The translations under genes and the position numbers were made by a program. From an uncultured Eubacteriales bacterium (GTDB lineage Bacteria > Bacillota > Clostridia > Christensenellales > CAG-138): DNA of 64,000 nucleotides. The DNA is taken from positions 5,040 to 69,039 of the forward strand of contig UREK01000010.1 in NCBI GenBank assembly GCA_900546845.1, read 5' to 3'. How positions within the stretch are numbered: position 1 is the stretch's first letter; every line of letters starts with the position of its first letter. Below the pieces are notes generated by a model. The model ran no database searches and was not told the origin of the DNA. It worked only from the letters and a program-made list of their open reading frames with translations. Of this stretch, positions 48,378-58,175 are shown piece by piece.

Positions 48378-49475
48378 TTATTTTGCCGTTTTTTCCTTCT
48401 TCGGCATGTTCAAAAGGGAGATCGCTACGAGCACCACGATGCCAAGGAGCACCGCGACCTTGCCCGCAGTGGAAATCCCGCCTACCACGAGCTCGCCCGC
48501 TTCGCTGAGGGAATCCGGGTTGCCCGCAAGGCCAAAGTTGTGCGCGAACGCCGCGCCCACGATCATGCCGAGCACCGCCACGGCGGAATCGCCGTTGCCT
48601 TCGCCCGCGAGGATCAGCTGCCGCAGCGGGCAGCCGCCCAGGAGCACCGAGCCCCAGCCCACAAGCACCATGCCGAGCGCATTCCAAAGATGGCTGCTGT
48701 GCGCGACGGGCTGGAGGTCAAAGCCGAGCTTGAACTTGCTCAGCGCCAAGTTGCCGATGAGCACGACCACAAAGATCGCAACGAAGCCGTAAAGCAGTTT
48801 GAAATCCTGAAGCATGACGCTGTCCCGGATGCCGCCGACCATGCAGAGGCGGGAGCGCTGCGCCAGCGCGCCTACGACAAGCGCGATCGCAAGGGCGATG
48901 AAGAAGGGAGCGCGCATGGAACCAGGGCCGGCCTCGCTCAGTTTGAAGAGCGTCGGTGCGGCGAGGAACAGCACGAGCAAGCCCACCATCAGAGCCGGCA
49001 GGACGCCGCCTTCCGGCGCGCCGAGCGTATAGTTGCGGCGGAGCGAGAAGCCACGCTTGAGGAACTGCACGCCGATGAGGATGCCGATCACAAAGCCAAG
49101 AAGGCCGACAAGCGCATTGAGGTCGCCGCCGCCGAGGCGGATGACCATGCGCAGCGGGCAGCCGAGGAACGCAAGCGCGCCGATCATCACGAACGCGCCG
49201 ATCACAAAGCGCGTCGCCGGGGAGGAGCCTGCCTTCGCGCGGAACTCACCCTTTGCAAGCGCCATAATAAACGCGCCGAGCACGAGGCCGATGATCTCCG
49301 GCCGGATGTATTGCACCTTCGCCGCGCTGTGCAGCCCGACGCCGCCCGCGATGTCCCTCAAAAAGCATGCGATGCAGAAGCCCATGTTCGCAGGGTTGCC
49401 CAGGAGCGTCAGCACGACCGCCGCAACGCCCACGATGGCGCCCGCGATCACCACGATCCAATTTACCTTTTTCAT
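48378..49475 (-). CDS. yedE: YedE/YeeE-family membrane protein (selenium/sulfur compound transport)
   Basis: Two pseudo-repeats with GFCIACFLRD and LCMVGGIRD / GGCPLRQL motifs. The ATG at 49475 is 8 nt after GGGGGGAG. Confidence 0.85.
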   Translation of the reverse strand: MKKVNWIVVIAGAIVGVAAVVLTLLGNPANMGFCIACFLRDIAGGVGLHSAAKVQYIRPEIIGLVLGAFIMALAKGEFRAKAGSSPATRFVIGAFVMIGALAFLGCPLRMVIRLGGGDLNALVGLLGFVIGILIGVQFLKRGFSLRRNYTLGAPEGGVLPALMVGLLVLFLAAPTLFKLSEAGPGSMRAPFFIALAIALVVGALAQRSRLCMVGGIRDSVMLQDFKLLYGFVAIFVVVLIGNLALSKFKLGFDLQPVAHSSHLWNALGMVLVGWGSVLLGGCPLRQLILAGEGNGDSAVAVLGMIVGAAFAHNFGLAGNPDSLSEAGELVVGGISTAGKVAVLLGIVVLVAISLLNMPKKEKTAK

Positions 49476-49670
49476 TTTGGTTTCTCCCCCCATAATTCCT
49501 TGAACTTTTCCGCGCTATACGCGGTTTCAATCGGAATTATAGGGTATCCGCCGTAAAATAGCGAATTCCGCTTTTCAATATTCTCCAAATTTTCATCGAA
49601 AAAACCGATGATATGATGGTTGAAAGCAAGGCCGGAGCCGTCCCTGCAACGCTTTCAGCGGTGGCTGCGA

Positions 49671-49958
49671 GGATACAGCAATCCTCAGTCACGGCTTGCG
49701 CCATTTATTGCGACAGTTCGCAAAGGCCGCGCGAATAAGGACAATCCTCAGTCCGCTTCGCGGACAGCTCCTTTGCCAAAGGAGCCTTTTGATCAATGCG
49801 CTTCCCTGCGCTATCCGAATACGAAATCCGTTGGAGTCCACCACCCCCAAACGCCCCTTTTTAAAAGGGGGGGCACGGCGCAAGCCGTGACGGGGGATTG
49901 CCGTATTCCAGCGCGCAAGCGCTAACGGGGGATTGCCTTGCTAAGTCTGCCGTAGGGT
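49671..49958. repeat. BIME/REPIN-like array (family B), locus 2
   Basis: Collinear with 14994..15368. Two forward caatcctcagtc... units carry the GCTCCTTTGccAAAGGAGC hairpin. Inverted units follow, ending in gtgacgggggattgcc and aacgggggattgcc. Confidence 0.8.
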
Positions 49959-49986
49959 TGCCTTGTCAAAATGCCGTCTTATAAAT

Positions 49987-50898
49987 TCAAACCAGCTTCG
50001 GCGTTTCCGCCCGGACATAGCGCACGAAGCGCTGCTCCAGCAGCGTGAGCGCTGCGTCCTTGCGCCAGGCGATGCAGATGTCCCGGTGCGCGCCTTCCGG
50101 CTCAAAATCAAAGGCAAGGAGCCTCCCCGCGGCAAGTTCCTCCTGAACAGCCAGGCTGGAGATGACGGACACGCCCATGCCCTGCGAGACGCTGGCCTTA
50201 ATGGCCTCCGGGTTATCCATGCGGGCGACGACGCGCAGCGTCTCCGGCAGGATATTGTGGCCGCGGAAGTATTCCTCCACGGCCCTCTGCGTGCCGGAGC
50301 TTTCCTCCCGGGCGATCATCGGCTCCTCAAGCAGCGCAAAACCATCCTCCCCCTGGCGGCGGAGTTTCTGAAAGCGCGCGTTGTTCGCCGCAATGAGGAC
50401 GAGCCTGTCCTGCGCGATCGGGTAGCAAGCGAAGCGCCGCGCGGGCAAAGCCGCGCCGAGGAGCCCGATGCGCACCTCCCCCTGTTCGAGCAGGACGCGC
50501 ACCTCCTCGCTGTCCCCGCGCCGCAGCAAGAAGGAAACGCCGGGGTGCTGCTGCAAAAATCCGGCCATCAGGCGCGGCAGCAGCGATTGCGCCGGGACGG
50601 TGGAGGTGCCGATGCGCAGCGCATCACCCCCCACGCTTTCCCTAAGCTCCTGCAGCGCTTCGCAGCGGCTCAGGATGTCCTTCGCGGCAGTATACGCCCG
50701 TTTGCCCTCGTCCGTAAGCGCGAACTTTTTGCGTGCGCCGCGCAGGATCAGCTGCGCGCCAAGCGCCTGCTCGAGCGCCTGAATGTGCATGCTCACGGTG
50801 GATTGCGTCAGGTGCAGCCGCTCGGCCGCGCGCGTGAAGCTGCCGTATTCCGCCGCAGCCACAAAGGTCTCAAGCTGCCGCAAACTGATGTCCAACAT
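49987..50898 (-). CDS. LysR-family transcriptional regulator
   Basis: LRQLETFVAAAEYGSFTRAAERLHLTQSTVSMHIQALEQALG helix-turn-helix. Confidence 0.9.
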   Translation of the reverse strand: MLDISLRQLETFVAAAEYGSFTRAAERLHLTQSTVSMHIQALEQALGAQLILRGARKKFALTDEGKRAYTAAKDILSRCEALQELRESVGGDALRIGTSTVPAQSLLPRLMAGFLQQHPGVSFLLRRGDSEEVRVLLEQGEVRIGLLGAALPARRFACYPIAQDRLVLIAANNARFQKLRRQGEDGFALLEEPMIAREESSGTQRAVEEYFRGHNILPETLRVVARMDNPEAIKASVSQGMGVSVISSLAVQEELAAGRLLAFDFEPEGAHRDICIAWRKDAALTLLEQRFVRYVRAETPKLV

Positions 50899-50956
50899 GT
50901 TCTTTCTCCTTCGTCTCTACAGTGGCATTCCCCTGCCAGAAGGGCTGTGGAACAAA

Positions 50957-51000
50957 ATCGCAAATATCGATGTGACATTTCGCGCCCAGTGTGCTATGCT
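50957..51000 (+). promoter_or_regulatory. candidate LysR box and promoter in the divergent region
   Basis: Palindrome ATCG-N7-CGAT (50957..50971), followed by GTGACA, a 17-nt spacer and TATGCT. Confidence 0.45.
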
Positions 51001-51030
51001 CTTCCTGTCTAAACAAAAAGGAGCATACCG

Positions 51031-52179
51031 ATGCGCACGATCTATCTTGACAACGCCGCGACTTCGTTCCCAAAACCCGCCGGCGTCAGCGACCGCATGA
51101 AGGAATACCTCGATTCCGTGGGCGCAAACATCAACCGTTCCGTCTATGGCGCCGCACAGGATGCGGGGCTCGTGGCCCTGCGCCTGCGGGAACGCCTCGC
51201 GCGGCTTTTCGCCTTCCCGGAAAAGCCGACCCACGTGATCCTCACCCCCGGCGCGACCGCGGGGCTCAACTTCATCATAAAGGGGTATCTGCGCCCCGGG
51301 GACCACTGCATCGTGAGCGCGATGGAGCACAATGCCGTGATGCGCCCGCTTTTGCAGCTCTCCGGCGTGGCGTTCGACCGCATCCCCTGCGACGCGGCGG
51401 GCCGTTTCGACCCGGCGGCTATCCTGCCGCTCATCCGCCCAAACACGCGCCTCTGCCTCATCGCCCACGCTTCCAACGTGTGCGGTACGGTACAGGACGC
51501 TGCGGCCGTGGGGGAGATCTGCGCGGCGCACGGCGTCGCCTTCGCGCTCGATGCGGCGCAGACCGCCGGGCATATCCCCATCGACTTTGCAAAGCTGCGC
51601 CTGAGCGCGCTCTGCGCGCCCGGGCATAAGGGGCTTCTCGGCCCTTCCGGCATCGGCGTGCTGCTTGTGCGGGATGATTTCGCCCATTCGCTTACGCCGC
51701 TCCTCGCGGGCGGCACGGGGAGCGCTTCGGACAGCGAATACCTGCCGGATTACCTGCCGGACCGCTTTGAATCCGGCACGGCGAACCTGCCCGGCATCTA
51801 TGGCTTGGAGCAGGCGATCCGCTTTATAGAAGAAACGGGAATCGACGCGCTGCGCGCCCACGAGCTCCGGCTGACCGCGCGCTTCCTCGATGGGCTCGCC
51901 GGCATCCCGAATATCCGTCTTTGCGGCACAGGGGAACTTTCCCGCCGCGTGGGCGTGATCTCAGTGGATTTCTTGAAGTGCGACAACGCGGAAGCCGCCT
52001 TCCGGCTGGAGAGCGAGTTCGGCGTCCTCACCCGCTGCGGGCTCCACTGCGCGCCCTCCGCGCATAAGACGCTCGGCACCTTCCCGCAGGGCACCGTGCG
52101 CTTCTCGCTGGGCTTTGCGAACACGGAGGATGATGTGGATGCCGCGCTTTCCGCCATCCGCGCCGTCAGCGCAGGATGA
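51031..52179 (+). CDS. class V aminotransferase: cysteine desulfurase / selenocysteine lyase family
   Basis: IYLDNAATSFPKP...SAMEHNAV...HASNVCG...PGHKGLLGP (PLP Lys context). Confidence 0.85.
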   Translation: MRTIYLDNAATSFPKPAGVSDRMKEYLDSVGANINRSVYGAAQDAGLVALRLRERLARLFAFPEKPTHVILTPGATAGLNFIIKGYLRPGDHCIVSAMEHNAVMRPLLQLSGVAFDRIPCDAAGRFDPAAILPLIRPNTRLCLIAHASNVCGTVQDAAAVGEICAAHGVAFALDAAQTAGHIPIDFAKLRLSALCAPGHKGLLGPSGIGVLLVRDDFAHSLTPLLAGGTGSASDSEYLPDYLPDRFESGTANLPGIYGLEQAIRFIEETGIDALRAHELRLTARFLDGLAGIPNIRLCGTGELSRRVGVISVDFLKCDNAEAAFRLESEFGVLTRCGLHCAPSAHKTLGTFPQGTVRFSLGFANTEDDVDAALSAIRAVSAG

Positions 52180-53206
52180 TCCGCTTCCCGCCCTCGTATT
52201 TTGCGACCGTTCCGATGCGCTGCGCGCTCGGGACGGTTTTTTTCAGCTCTTCATACAGCGCGTCCGCGTCCGCCGCGGCAACGGCGATCAGGAGGCCGCC
52301 CGCCGTCTGCGGGTCATAAAGGACGTCCTGCTTGGCAAGCTCCGTCTCCCCCGCGTCCACACCCATTTCCGCGAACGTGCGGTTGCGGTACATGCCCGCG
52401 GGCAGAAAGCCCATGCGTGCAAGCTCCAGCGCTTCGGGGATAACGTCCACCGCGTCCACATGGAGGGTGATCGTCACGTCGCTGCCGGCGGCCATCTCAT
52501 ATGCGTGGCCCAGGAGACCGAAGCCCGTCACGTCCGTGCAGGCATGCACATCGTATTTTATCATCGCGTCCCGCGCAGCCTTGTTGAGCGTGGTCATCAT
52601 GCGGTACATGAGCGCCTCGCTTTCTTCCGAAAGCATGTCCGCCTTTGCGGCGGTTGAAAGCACGCCGATGCCGATGGGCTTGGTCAAAAGCAGCACGTCC
52701 CCCGGCTTTGCGCCGGAGTTGGTGAGCACCTTGTCCGGATGCACGAAGCCCGTTACGGCAAGGCCGTATTTCGGCTCGTCATCGTGAATGCTGTGGCCGC
52801 CCGTGATGAGCGCGCCTGCCTCATAGACCTTATCATAGCCGCCGCGCAAAAGCGCATGCACCGCATCCATGGGCATGGATTCCGGGATGGCCATGATGTT
52901 GAGGCAGAGCTTCGGCTCGCCGCCCATGGCGTAAACGTCAGAAAGGGCGTTCGTGGCGGCGATCTGCCCGAACAGGTACGGATCATCCGCGATCGGCGGG
53001 AAGAAATCCACCGTCTGCACCAGCGCCAGTTCGTCGCTGATCTTGTAAACCGAGGCGTCGTCGCTCTTGTCGAAGCCAACGATCAGATTCGGGTCATGGT
53101 GCACCCGGATCCCCTCCAGCAGCTGCGCGAGCACGCCCGCGCCGACCTTCGCGCCGCAGCCGGCGCATTTTGCAAGCTTTGTGAGCTTGATGTCCTTCGC
53201 TTCCAT
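52166..53206 (-). CDS. selD: selenide, water dikinase (Cys-type)
   Basis: IKLTKLAKCAGCGAKVG N-terminal motif (Cys, not Sec) plus an AIR-synthase-like body. The ATG at 53206 is 9 nt after AGGAG. The 3' end overlaps the convergent desulfurase gene by 14 nt. Confidence 0.9.
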   Translation of the reverse strand: MEAKDIKLTKLAKCAGCGAKVGAGVLAQLLEGIRVHHDPNLIVGFDKSDDASVYKISDELALVQTVDFFPPIADDPYLFGQIAATNALSDVYAMGGEPKLCLNIMAIPESMPMDAVHALLRGGYDKVYEAGALITGGHSIHDDEPKYGLAVTGFVHPDKVLTNSGAKPGDVLLLTKPIGIGVLSTAAKADMLSEESEALMYRMMTTLNKAARDAMIKYDVHACTDVTGFGLLGHAYEMAAGSDVTITLHVDAVDVIPEALELARMGFLPAGMYRNRTFAEMGVDAGETELAKQDVLYDPQTAGGLLIAVAAADADALYEELKKTVPSAQRIGTVAKYEGGKRIILR

Positions 53207-53391
53207 CGCAACCTTCTCCTTTTTCCGCGCCGGCGCCAAACCGCCCGTCACGCAAGGCTATTGTCTCAAATCCAGGGCCGGATTGCAACCGCGCGCCGCA
53301 TCATTTTTGTGCGCCGGACGCTATTTTTATCGAAAAAAACGATGAAATGCGCTCGCGGCGGGAAGCGATTGCTCCCGCCGCCGTGCCAGCT

Positions 53392-53580
53392 TGTCGAAAA
53401 AGTCTCTCTAGGATTGTCAAGGGCCGCAGCCCTTGACTTTCAATCGCGAGCAGCGACCTGTGCGGTGCGAGCGAAAAGCCTTGCGCCGCAAGGCTTTCTT
53501 TACACGGAGCGCTGGCCGCGCCATCGGCGCAAGCGCGATGTGCAATCCTCGATCAAGTGGCATCCGCCACTTGATCGACA
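53392..53580. repeat. family A element, copy 4 (same orientation as copy 1)
   Basis: 189 bp. The terminal hairpin is TCGATCAAGTGGCatccGCCACTTGATCGA. It is bracketed by an identical 28-nt direct repeat (53354..53381 and 53587..53614). Confidence 0.85.
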
Positions 53581-53646
53581 GCCTATCGCGGCGGGAAGCG
53601 ATTGCTCCCGCCGCGCTTTGTCTATATGCCAAATATTGACGTTTTC

Positions 53647-54333
53647 CTACCGCGCGACGCAGTATTCCGCCATATATGCCTCCATGCGTGCGCGCATCGC
53701 GCTGTCGATGAGGACGCGGCCGTCGATCTCCTTGTTGTAAAGCGTCTCGAGGATGTCCCGCACCGTTACAAGCGGGAACGTGCGGATGCCAAAGTCCCGC
53801 TCGATCTCCTCGATGGCGGTCAGCGCGCCCTGGCCGCGCTCCATGCGGTCCACGGAGATGATGAGGCCCGGCACTTCCACCTTGGCCGCGGCCTGCAAAA
53901 CAGGCAGCGTTTCACGCACGGCCGTCCCGGCGGTGATCACGTCCTCAATGATGAGGAGCTTGTCCCCATCCGCCGGCTTGTAGCCCACCATGGAGCCGCC
54001 CTCGCCGTGATCCTTGGCTTCCTTGCGGTTGAAACAGTAATTCACATCCCGGCCCATGCGGGCGAGCGCCGCCGCTGTGGAGACAGCGAGGGGGATACCC
54101 TTATACGCCGGGCCGAAGAGCGCCGCAACGTCCCCGGGCAGCTCGCCCGACGCCGTATGCGCCTCGATGCAGGCCGCGTAGAACTCGCCGAGCCGGGCGA
54201 TCTGCGCGCCGGTCTTATAGTTGCCCGTGTTGATAAAATACGGCGTTTTGCGGCCGCTCTTGGTGGTGAAATCGCCAAAGGTCAGCACGCCCGCGCGCGC
54301 CATGAAGGCGATGAATTCCGCTTTGTAGCTCAT
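53647..54333 (-). CDS. pyrE: orotate phosphoribosyltransferase
   Basis: FGDFTTKSGRKTPYFINTG...LLIIEDVITAGTA PRPP-binding motif. Confidence 0.92.
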   Translation of the reverse strand: MSYKAEFIAFMARAGVLTFGDFTTKSGRKTPYFINTGNYKTGAQIARLGEFYAACIEAHTASGELPGDVAALFGPAYKGIPLAVSTAAALARMGRDVNYCFNRKEAKDHGEGGSMVGYKPADGDKLLIIEDVITAGTAVRETLPVLQAAAKVEVPGLIISVDRMERGQGALTAIEEIERDFGIRTFPLVTVRDILETLYNKEIDGRVLIDSAMRARMEAYMAEYCVAR

Positions 54334-54347
54334 GGGTTTCCTCCTTC

Positions 54348-55259
54348 TTATCCCTGGAACGCGGCCTTGAGCGCCGCGATGCTTTCATAGCCTTCCCGCC
54401 GCAGGAACTCTGCGAGCCCTTCGAGCACATCCACTGGCGCGGTCGGGTTTATGAGCGCCGCCGTGCCGACCGCCACCGCGTCCGCGCCCGCCAGCAAGAA
54501 CTCCGCCGCGTCCTCGCCCGTCATGATGCCGCCCAAGCCGAGGATGGGCAGCTTCACCGCACGGCGCACCTGATATACCATGCGGACCGCCACCGGCTTG
54601 ACCGCCGGGCCGGAAAGCCCGCCTGTGCCGTTTGCAAGCAGCGGCCGCTTTGTTTTTAGGTCGATGCGCATGCCGAGGAGCGTGTTGATGAGCGAGAGCG
54701 CGTCCGCACCCGCATCCTCCACCGCCCGGGCGATGGCCGTGATGTCCGTCACGTTCGGCGTGAGCTTCACCATCACGGGCTTCTTCGCTGCGCGCTTCAC
54801 GGCCTCCGTCACCCGCGCGGCCATGTGCGGGTCCGTGCCGAAGCCGATGCCCCCCTCCTTCACGTTCGGGCAGGAGATGTTGAGTTCGTACATCGCAACG
54901 TCCGCCTCGTTGAGGCGCTCCGCCACAGCGACGTATTCCTCCACGCTGTGCCCGGCCAGGTTGGCGATCACCGGCACGCCGCATTGCGCGAGGTACGGCA
55001 GCTCGTGCGCGATGTACGCCTCCGCGCCCGGGTTTTGCAAGCCTACGGCATTGAGCATGCCGCCGTAGGTTTCCGCGATGCGCGGCGTGGGGTTGCCCGC
55101 CCAGGGCTTTGCCGCCACGCCCTTGGTGATGACCGCGCCCAGGCGGGAGACGTCATAAAATTCGCCGCTTTCCCGCGCGGCGAACGTGCCGCTCGCGGTC
55201 ATGACCGGGTTCTTGAGCGAAAGCCCAGCAAAGGAAATGCGAAGATCCGGCCCGTTCAT
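54348..55259 (-). CDS. pyrD: dihydroorotate dehydrogenase B, catalytic subunit
   Basis: [12 protein letters not shown]...NLAGH...ELNISCPNV...[10 protein letters not shown]. The ATG at 55259 overlaps the pyrK stop (ATGA), so the track ORF is over-extended. Confidence 0.92.
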   Translation of the reverse strand: MNGPDLRISFAGLSLKNPVMTASGTFAARESGEFYDVSRLGAVITKGVAAKPWAGNPTPRIAETYGGMLNAVGLQNPGAEAYIAHELPYLAQCGVPVIANLAGHSVEEYVAVAERLNEADVAMYELNISCPNVKEGGIGFGTDPHMAARVTEAVKRAAKKPVMVKLTPNVTDITAIARAVEDAGADALSLINTLLGMRIDLKTKRPLLANGTGGLSGPAVKPVAVRMVYQVRRAVKLPILGLGGIMTGEDAAEFLLAGADAVAVGTAALINPTAPVDVLEGLAEFLRREGYESIAALKAAFQG

Positions 55260-56023
55260 TCGAAGATCACCTCGCTCCCGTCGAATACCGGCCCATCCTT
55301 GCAGACGCGCTTCTGCACGACCGCACCGTTTTGCTTGAGCTTGCAGACGCAGCCCACGCATGCGCCATAGCCGCAGCCCATGCGCTCTTCCAAAGAAACC
55401 TGGAGTGGAAGCGCGTGCAAAGCGCAAAACGCCGCAAGCGCCCGCAGCATCGGTTTCGGGCCGCAGGCGAGCACCGCGGTATCCGGGGGGATCGCCTCCC
55501 CTTCCAGCAACCGCACCACGTTCCCGTGGAAGCCCGCGCTGCCGTCCTCCGTGGCGATCCAAAGCGCGCCGCAGGCCGCCGCGAATTCCTCCCGCAAAAA
55601 CAGCGCGTCCCGGTACCCCAGCGCGGCCGTTACGGAAAGCCCCTCCGCTTTTGCCGCATGCGCCGCCTGGAGCAGCGGCGGCACGCCCACGCCGCCGCCT
55701 ACGAGCAGCACATGCCCGCGCTGCGGCAGGGCATAGCCGTTGCCGAGTGGGCTTGAAACGCGGAGGGGTTCCCCTGGCCGCAAAGCCGCCATGCGCCGCG
55801 TGCCCTCGCCCACGGCGCGGTACACGAGCGTAAGCGCTGCCCCCTCCTCACGGCAGACGCTGATGGGCCTTGGCAGCAGGTGCGCGCCATCCGCAAGGTA
55901 TACGTTCACGAACTGCCCCGGCCGCGCGGGTTCCGCCGCATCCGGCAGGCGCAGGGCTAATTGGTAAATATCCGGCGCGATAGGAGCGTTCCCCTCGATC
56001 TGCGCTGTTACGATCCGCTTCAT
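55256..56023 (-). CDS. pyrK: dihydroorotate dehydrogenase electron-transfer subunit
   Basis: The FAD/NAD-binding fold ends in the [2Fe-2S] motif [15 protein letters not shown] overlap with pyrF. Confidence 0.9.
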   Translation of the reverse strand: MKRIVTAQIEGNAPIAPDIYQLALRLPDAAEPARPGQFVNVYLADGAHLLPRPISVCREEGAALTLVYRAVGEGTRRMAALRPGEPLRVSSPLGNGYALPQRGHVLLVGGGVGVPPLLQAAHAAKAEGLSVTAALGYRDALFLREEFAAACGALWIATEDGSAGFHGNVVRLLEGEAIPPDTAVLACGPKPMLRALAAFCALHALPLQVSLEERMGCGYGACVGCVCKLKQNGAVVQKRVCKDGPVFDGSEVIFE

Positions 56024-56925
56024 CCCATGATGTCCTTCTGCATGGCGAGCGCCGCGTCCCGCGCGGCTTCCGCAAAGTCCCGCTCGCCGTATTTTTCGTT
56101 TTTCTTGTAGGCCGCGATGATCCCGCGGGAGGAATTGACGATGCAGCCCCGGCCGTCCTTGTCGAAGAAGCCACGGATGTCCTCCGCCGTGCCGCCCTGC
56201 GCGCCATAGCCCGGCACGAGGAAGAACGTATGCGGCAGCGCCGCGCGCACGCGCGCGCCTTCCTCCCGGTGCGGCGCGCCGACGACAGCGCAGACCCGGC
56301 TGTAGCCCTGCGCCCCCATCGCCTCCCGGCCCCATTCGTCCACGAGCGCCGCCACATGCAGATAAATAGGCTTCCCGTCCACGACGATGTCCTGGAGCTG
56401 GCTGCTCGAAGGGTTGCTGGTCTTGACGAGGACGAAAATCCCCTTATCGTTCGCGTTGCAGGCATCAACAAAGGGCTTTATGCCGTCCACGCCGAGGTAT
56501 GGGTTCACGGTGACGAAATCCTCATGCCAGAGGTCGAACTTCTCTCCGGCGATCTCCGTGCCGCCGATGTGGGCGGCATAGGCTGCGGCGGTGGAGCCGA
56601 TGTCCCCGCGCTTGACGTCCCCGATGACGAGGAAGCCCATCTCCTTGGCGAGCGCGGCCGTCTTTTCGTAAGCCGCGAGGCCTGCGAGGCCATAGCGCTC
56701 GTAGAAGGCGATCTGCGGCTTCACGGCGGGGACGATCCCCCGCACCGCCGTGAGGATGGCCCGGTTGAACGCAAGGAACATTTCCGCGACGGCCTCCGGC
56801 GTTTTGCCGTATCCTTCAAACTTCTCCGCCCGCAGGTATGCGGGGATCATCTCGAGCGTAGGGTCGAGCCCCACGACGGTGGGGTTGTTGAGCGCGTCGA
56901 TGCGCGAAAGCAATGCGTCGATCAT
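56020..56925 (-). CDS. pyrF: orotidine 5'-phosphate decarboxylase (long type 2)
   Basis: NNPTVVGLDP...IGDVKRGDIGSTA... Confidence 0.9.
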   Translation of the reverse strand: MIDALLSRIDALNNPTVVGLDPTLEMIPAYLRAEKFEGYGKTPEAVAEMFLAFNRAILTAVRGIVPAVKPQIAFYERYGLAGLAAYEKTAALAKEMGFLVIGDVKRGDIGSTAAAYAAHIGGTEIAGEKFDLWHEDFVTVNPYLGVDGIKPFVDACNANDKGIFVLVKTSNPSSSQLQDIVVDGKPIYLHVAALVDEWGREAMGAQGYSRVCAVVGAPHREEGARVRAALPHTFFLVPGYGAQGGTAEDIRGFFDKDGRGCIVNSSRGIIAAYKKNEKYGERDFAEAARDAALAMQKDIMG

Positions 56926-58175
56926 GCGTATTCCTCTCCTGATTCCATGTTCCGGTAAACGATCTGCCCGCCCGCAACGGTCAGAAGCGTTTTCCCGTAG
57001 ACTTCCATGCCCGCGAAGGGCGTGCTGCGCCCCTTGGAGCGGAACGCCGCCGGGTCGATCCGGTAAGGGCGCTCCACATCGAACACGGCCACATCCGCAT
57101 GCGCGCCCACCGCGAGCGTCCCCCGGCGCACGTCGCCGAGGATCGCCGCCGGGTTCGCGCTCATGAGCGCGACGAGGCGGGAGAGCGGGATGTGCCCCGC
57201 CCGTACCAGGCCAGTATAGCTTACGGGGAACGCGGTTTCAACGCCGATCACGCCGTTGAGGGCCGTTTCATAGCCCCCCTCCTTCTCCGCTGCGCTGTGG
57301 GGCGCGTGGTCGGTGGCGATCGCGTCGAGCGTGCCGTCCTGAAGCGCTTCGATCACGGCGAGCACATCCTCCGCCGTGCGCAGTGGCGGGTTCATCTTGA
57401 AGTTGCCGTCCGCAGCGCGGGTTTTGTCAAAGGTAAAATAGTGCGGCGCGGTCTCCGCCGTGACGGCATAGCCCGCCGCCTTCGCGGCGCGGATGAAGTC
57501 AAGGCTCAGCTTTGCGCTGATGTGGCAAAGGTGCAGCGCGGCCCCGCTTTCCCGCGCAAGGATGAGATCCCGCGCGGCCATGCATGCCTCGCCCGCCGCC
57601 GTGCCGGGAAGCGCGTCGTCCTCCGTATGGTCGAAGATGGTAAGCCCCGCTTCCGCCGCCGCGCGCATGGTTTGAAGCATCACGGAAGCATCCGCTACGG
57701 AACGGCCGTCCTCGCTCAGCGCGCAGGCCCCCGCCGCCTTGAGCGCCGCCGCGTCAACCGGCGTCTTCCCCTGCTGCCCCATGGTGACTGCGCCGATGGG
57801 CAGGGCGTTGATCCCCGCCGCGCGGGCGCGCAGCGCCGCGACAGCCTCCGCCGTATCCGTTACGGGCCTGGTGTTGGGCATCATGCAGACGGTCGTAAAC
57901 CCGCCCGCCGCCGCAGCTGCGCAGCCGCTCTCCAGATCCTCCTTGTAGGTGAAGCCAGGGTCGCGGAAATGCACGTGCAGGTCGATGAGCCCGGGCAGCA
58001 CGAGCGCGCCCGGGACCTCGATGCGCTCCGCCTCCGCGGGGAGCTCGCCCGCCGATACGCCTTGTGCGCGGATGGCTGAGACGCAGCCTCCGCTCAGGTA
58101 CAGCTCGCCCACCGCGTCAAGGCCGAGTGTGGGGTCGACGATGCGGCCACGCGCAATGCAAATCGGCTTACTCAT
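56922..58175 (-). CDS. pyrC: dihydroorotase
   Basis: GLIDLHVHFRDPG...ATDHAPH metal-ligand motifs. Confidence 0.92.
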   Translation of the reverse strand: MSKPICIARGRIVDPTLGLDAVGELYLSGGCVSAIRAQGVSAGELPAEAERIEVPGALVLPGLIDLHVHFRDPGFTYKEDLESGCAAAAAGGFTTVCMMPNTRPVTDTAEAVAALRARAAGINALPIGAVTMGQQGKTPVDAAALKAAGACALSEDGRSVADASVMLQTMRAAAEAGLTIFDHTEDDALPGTAAGEACMAARDLILARESGAALHLCHISAKLSLDFIRAAKAAGYAVTAETAPHYFTFDKTRAADGNFKMNPPLRTAEDVLAVIEALQDGTLDAIATDHAPHSAAEKEGGYETALNGVIGVETAFPVSYTGLVRAGHIPLSRLVALMSANPAAILGDVRRGTLAVGAHADVAVFDVERPYRIDPAAFRSKGRSTPFAGMEVYGKTLLTVAGGQIVYRNMESGEEYA

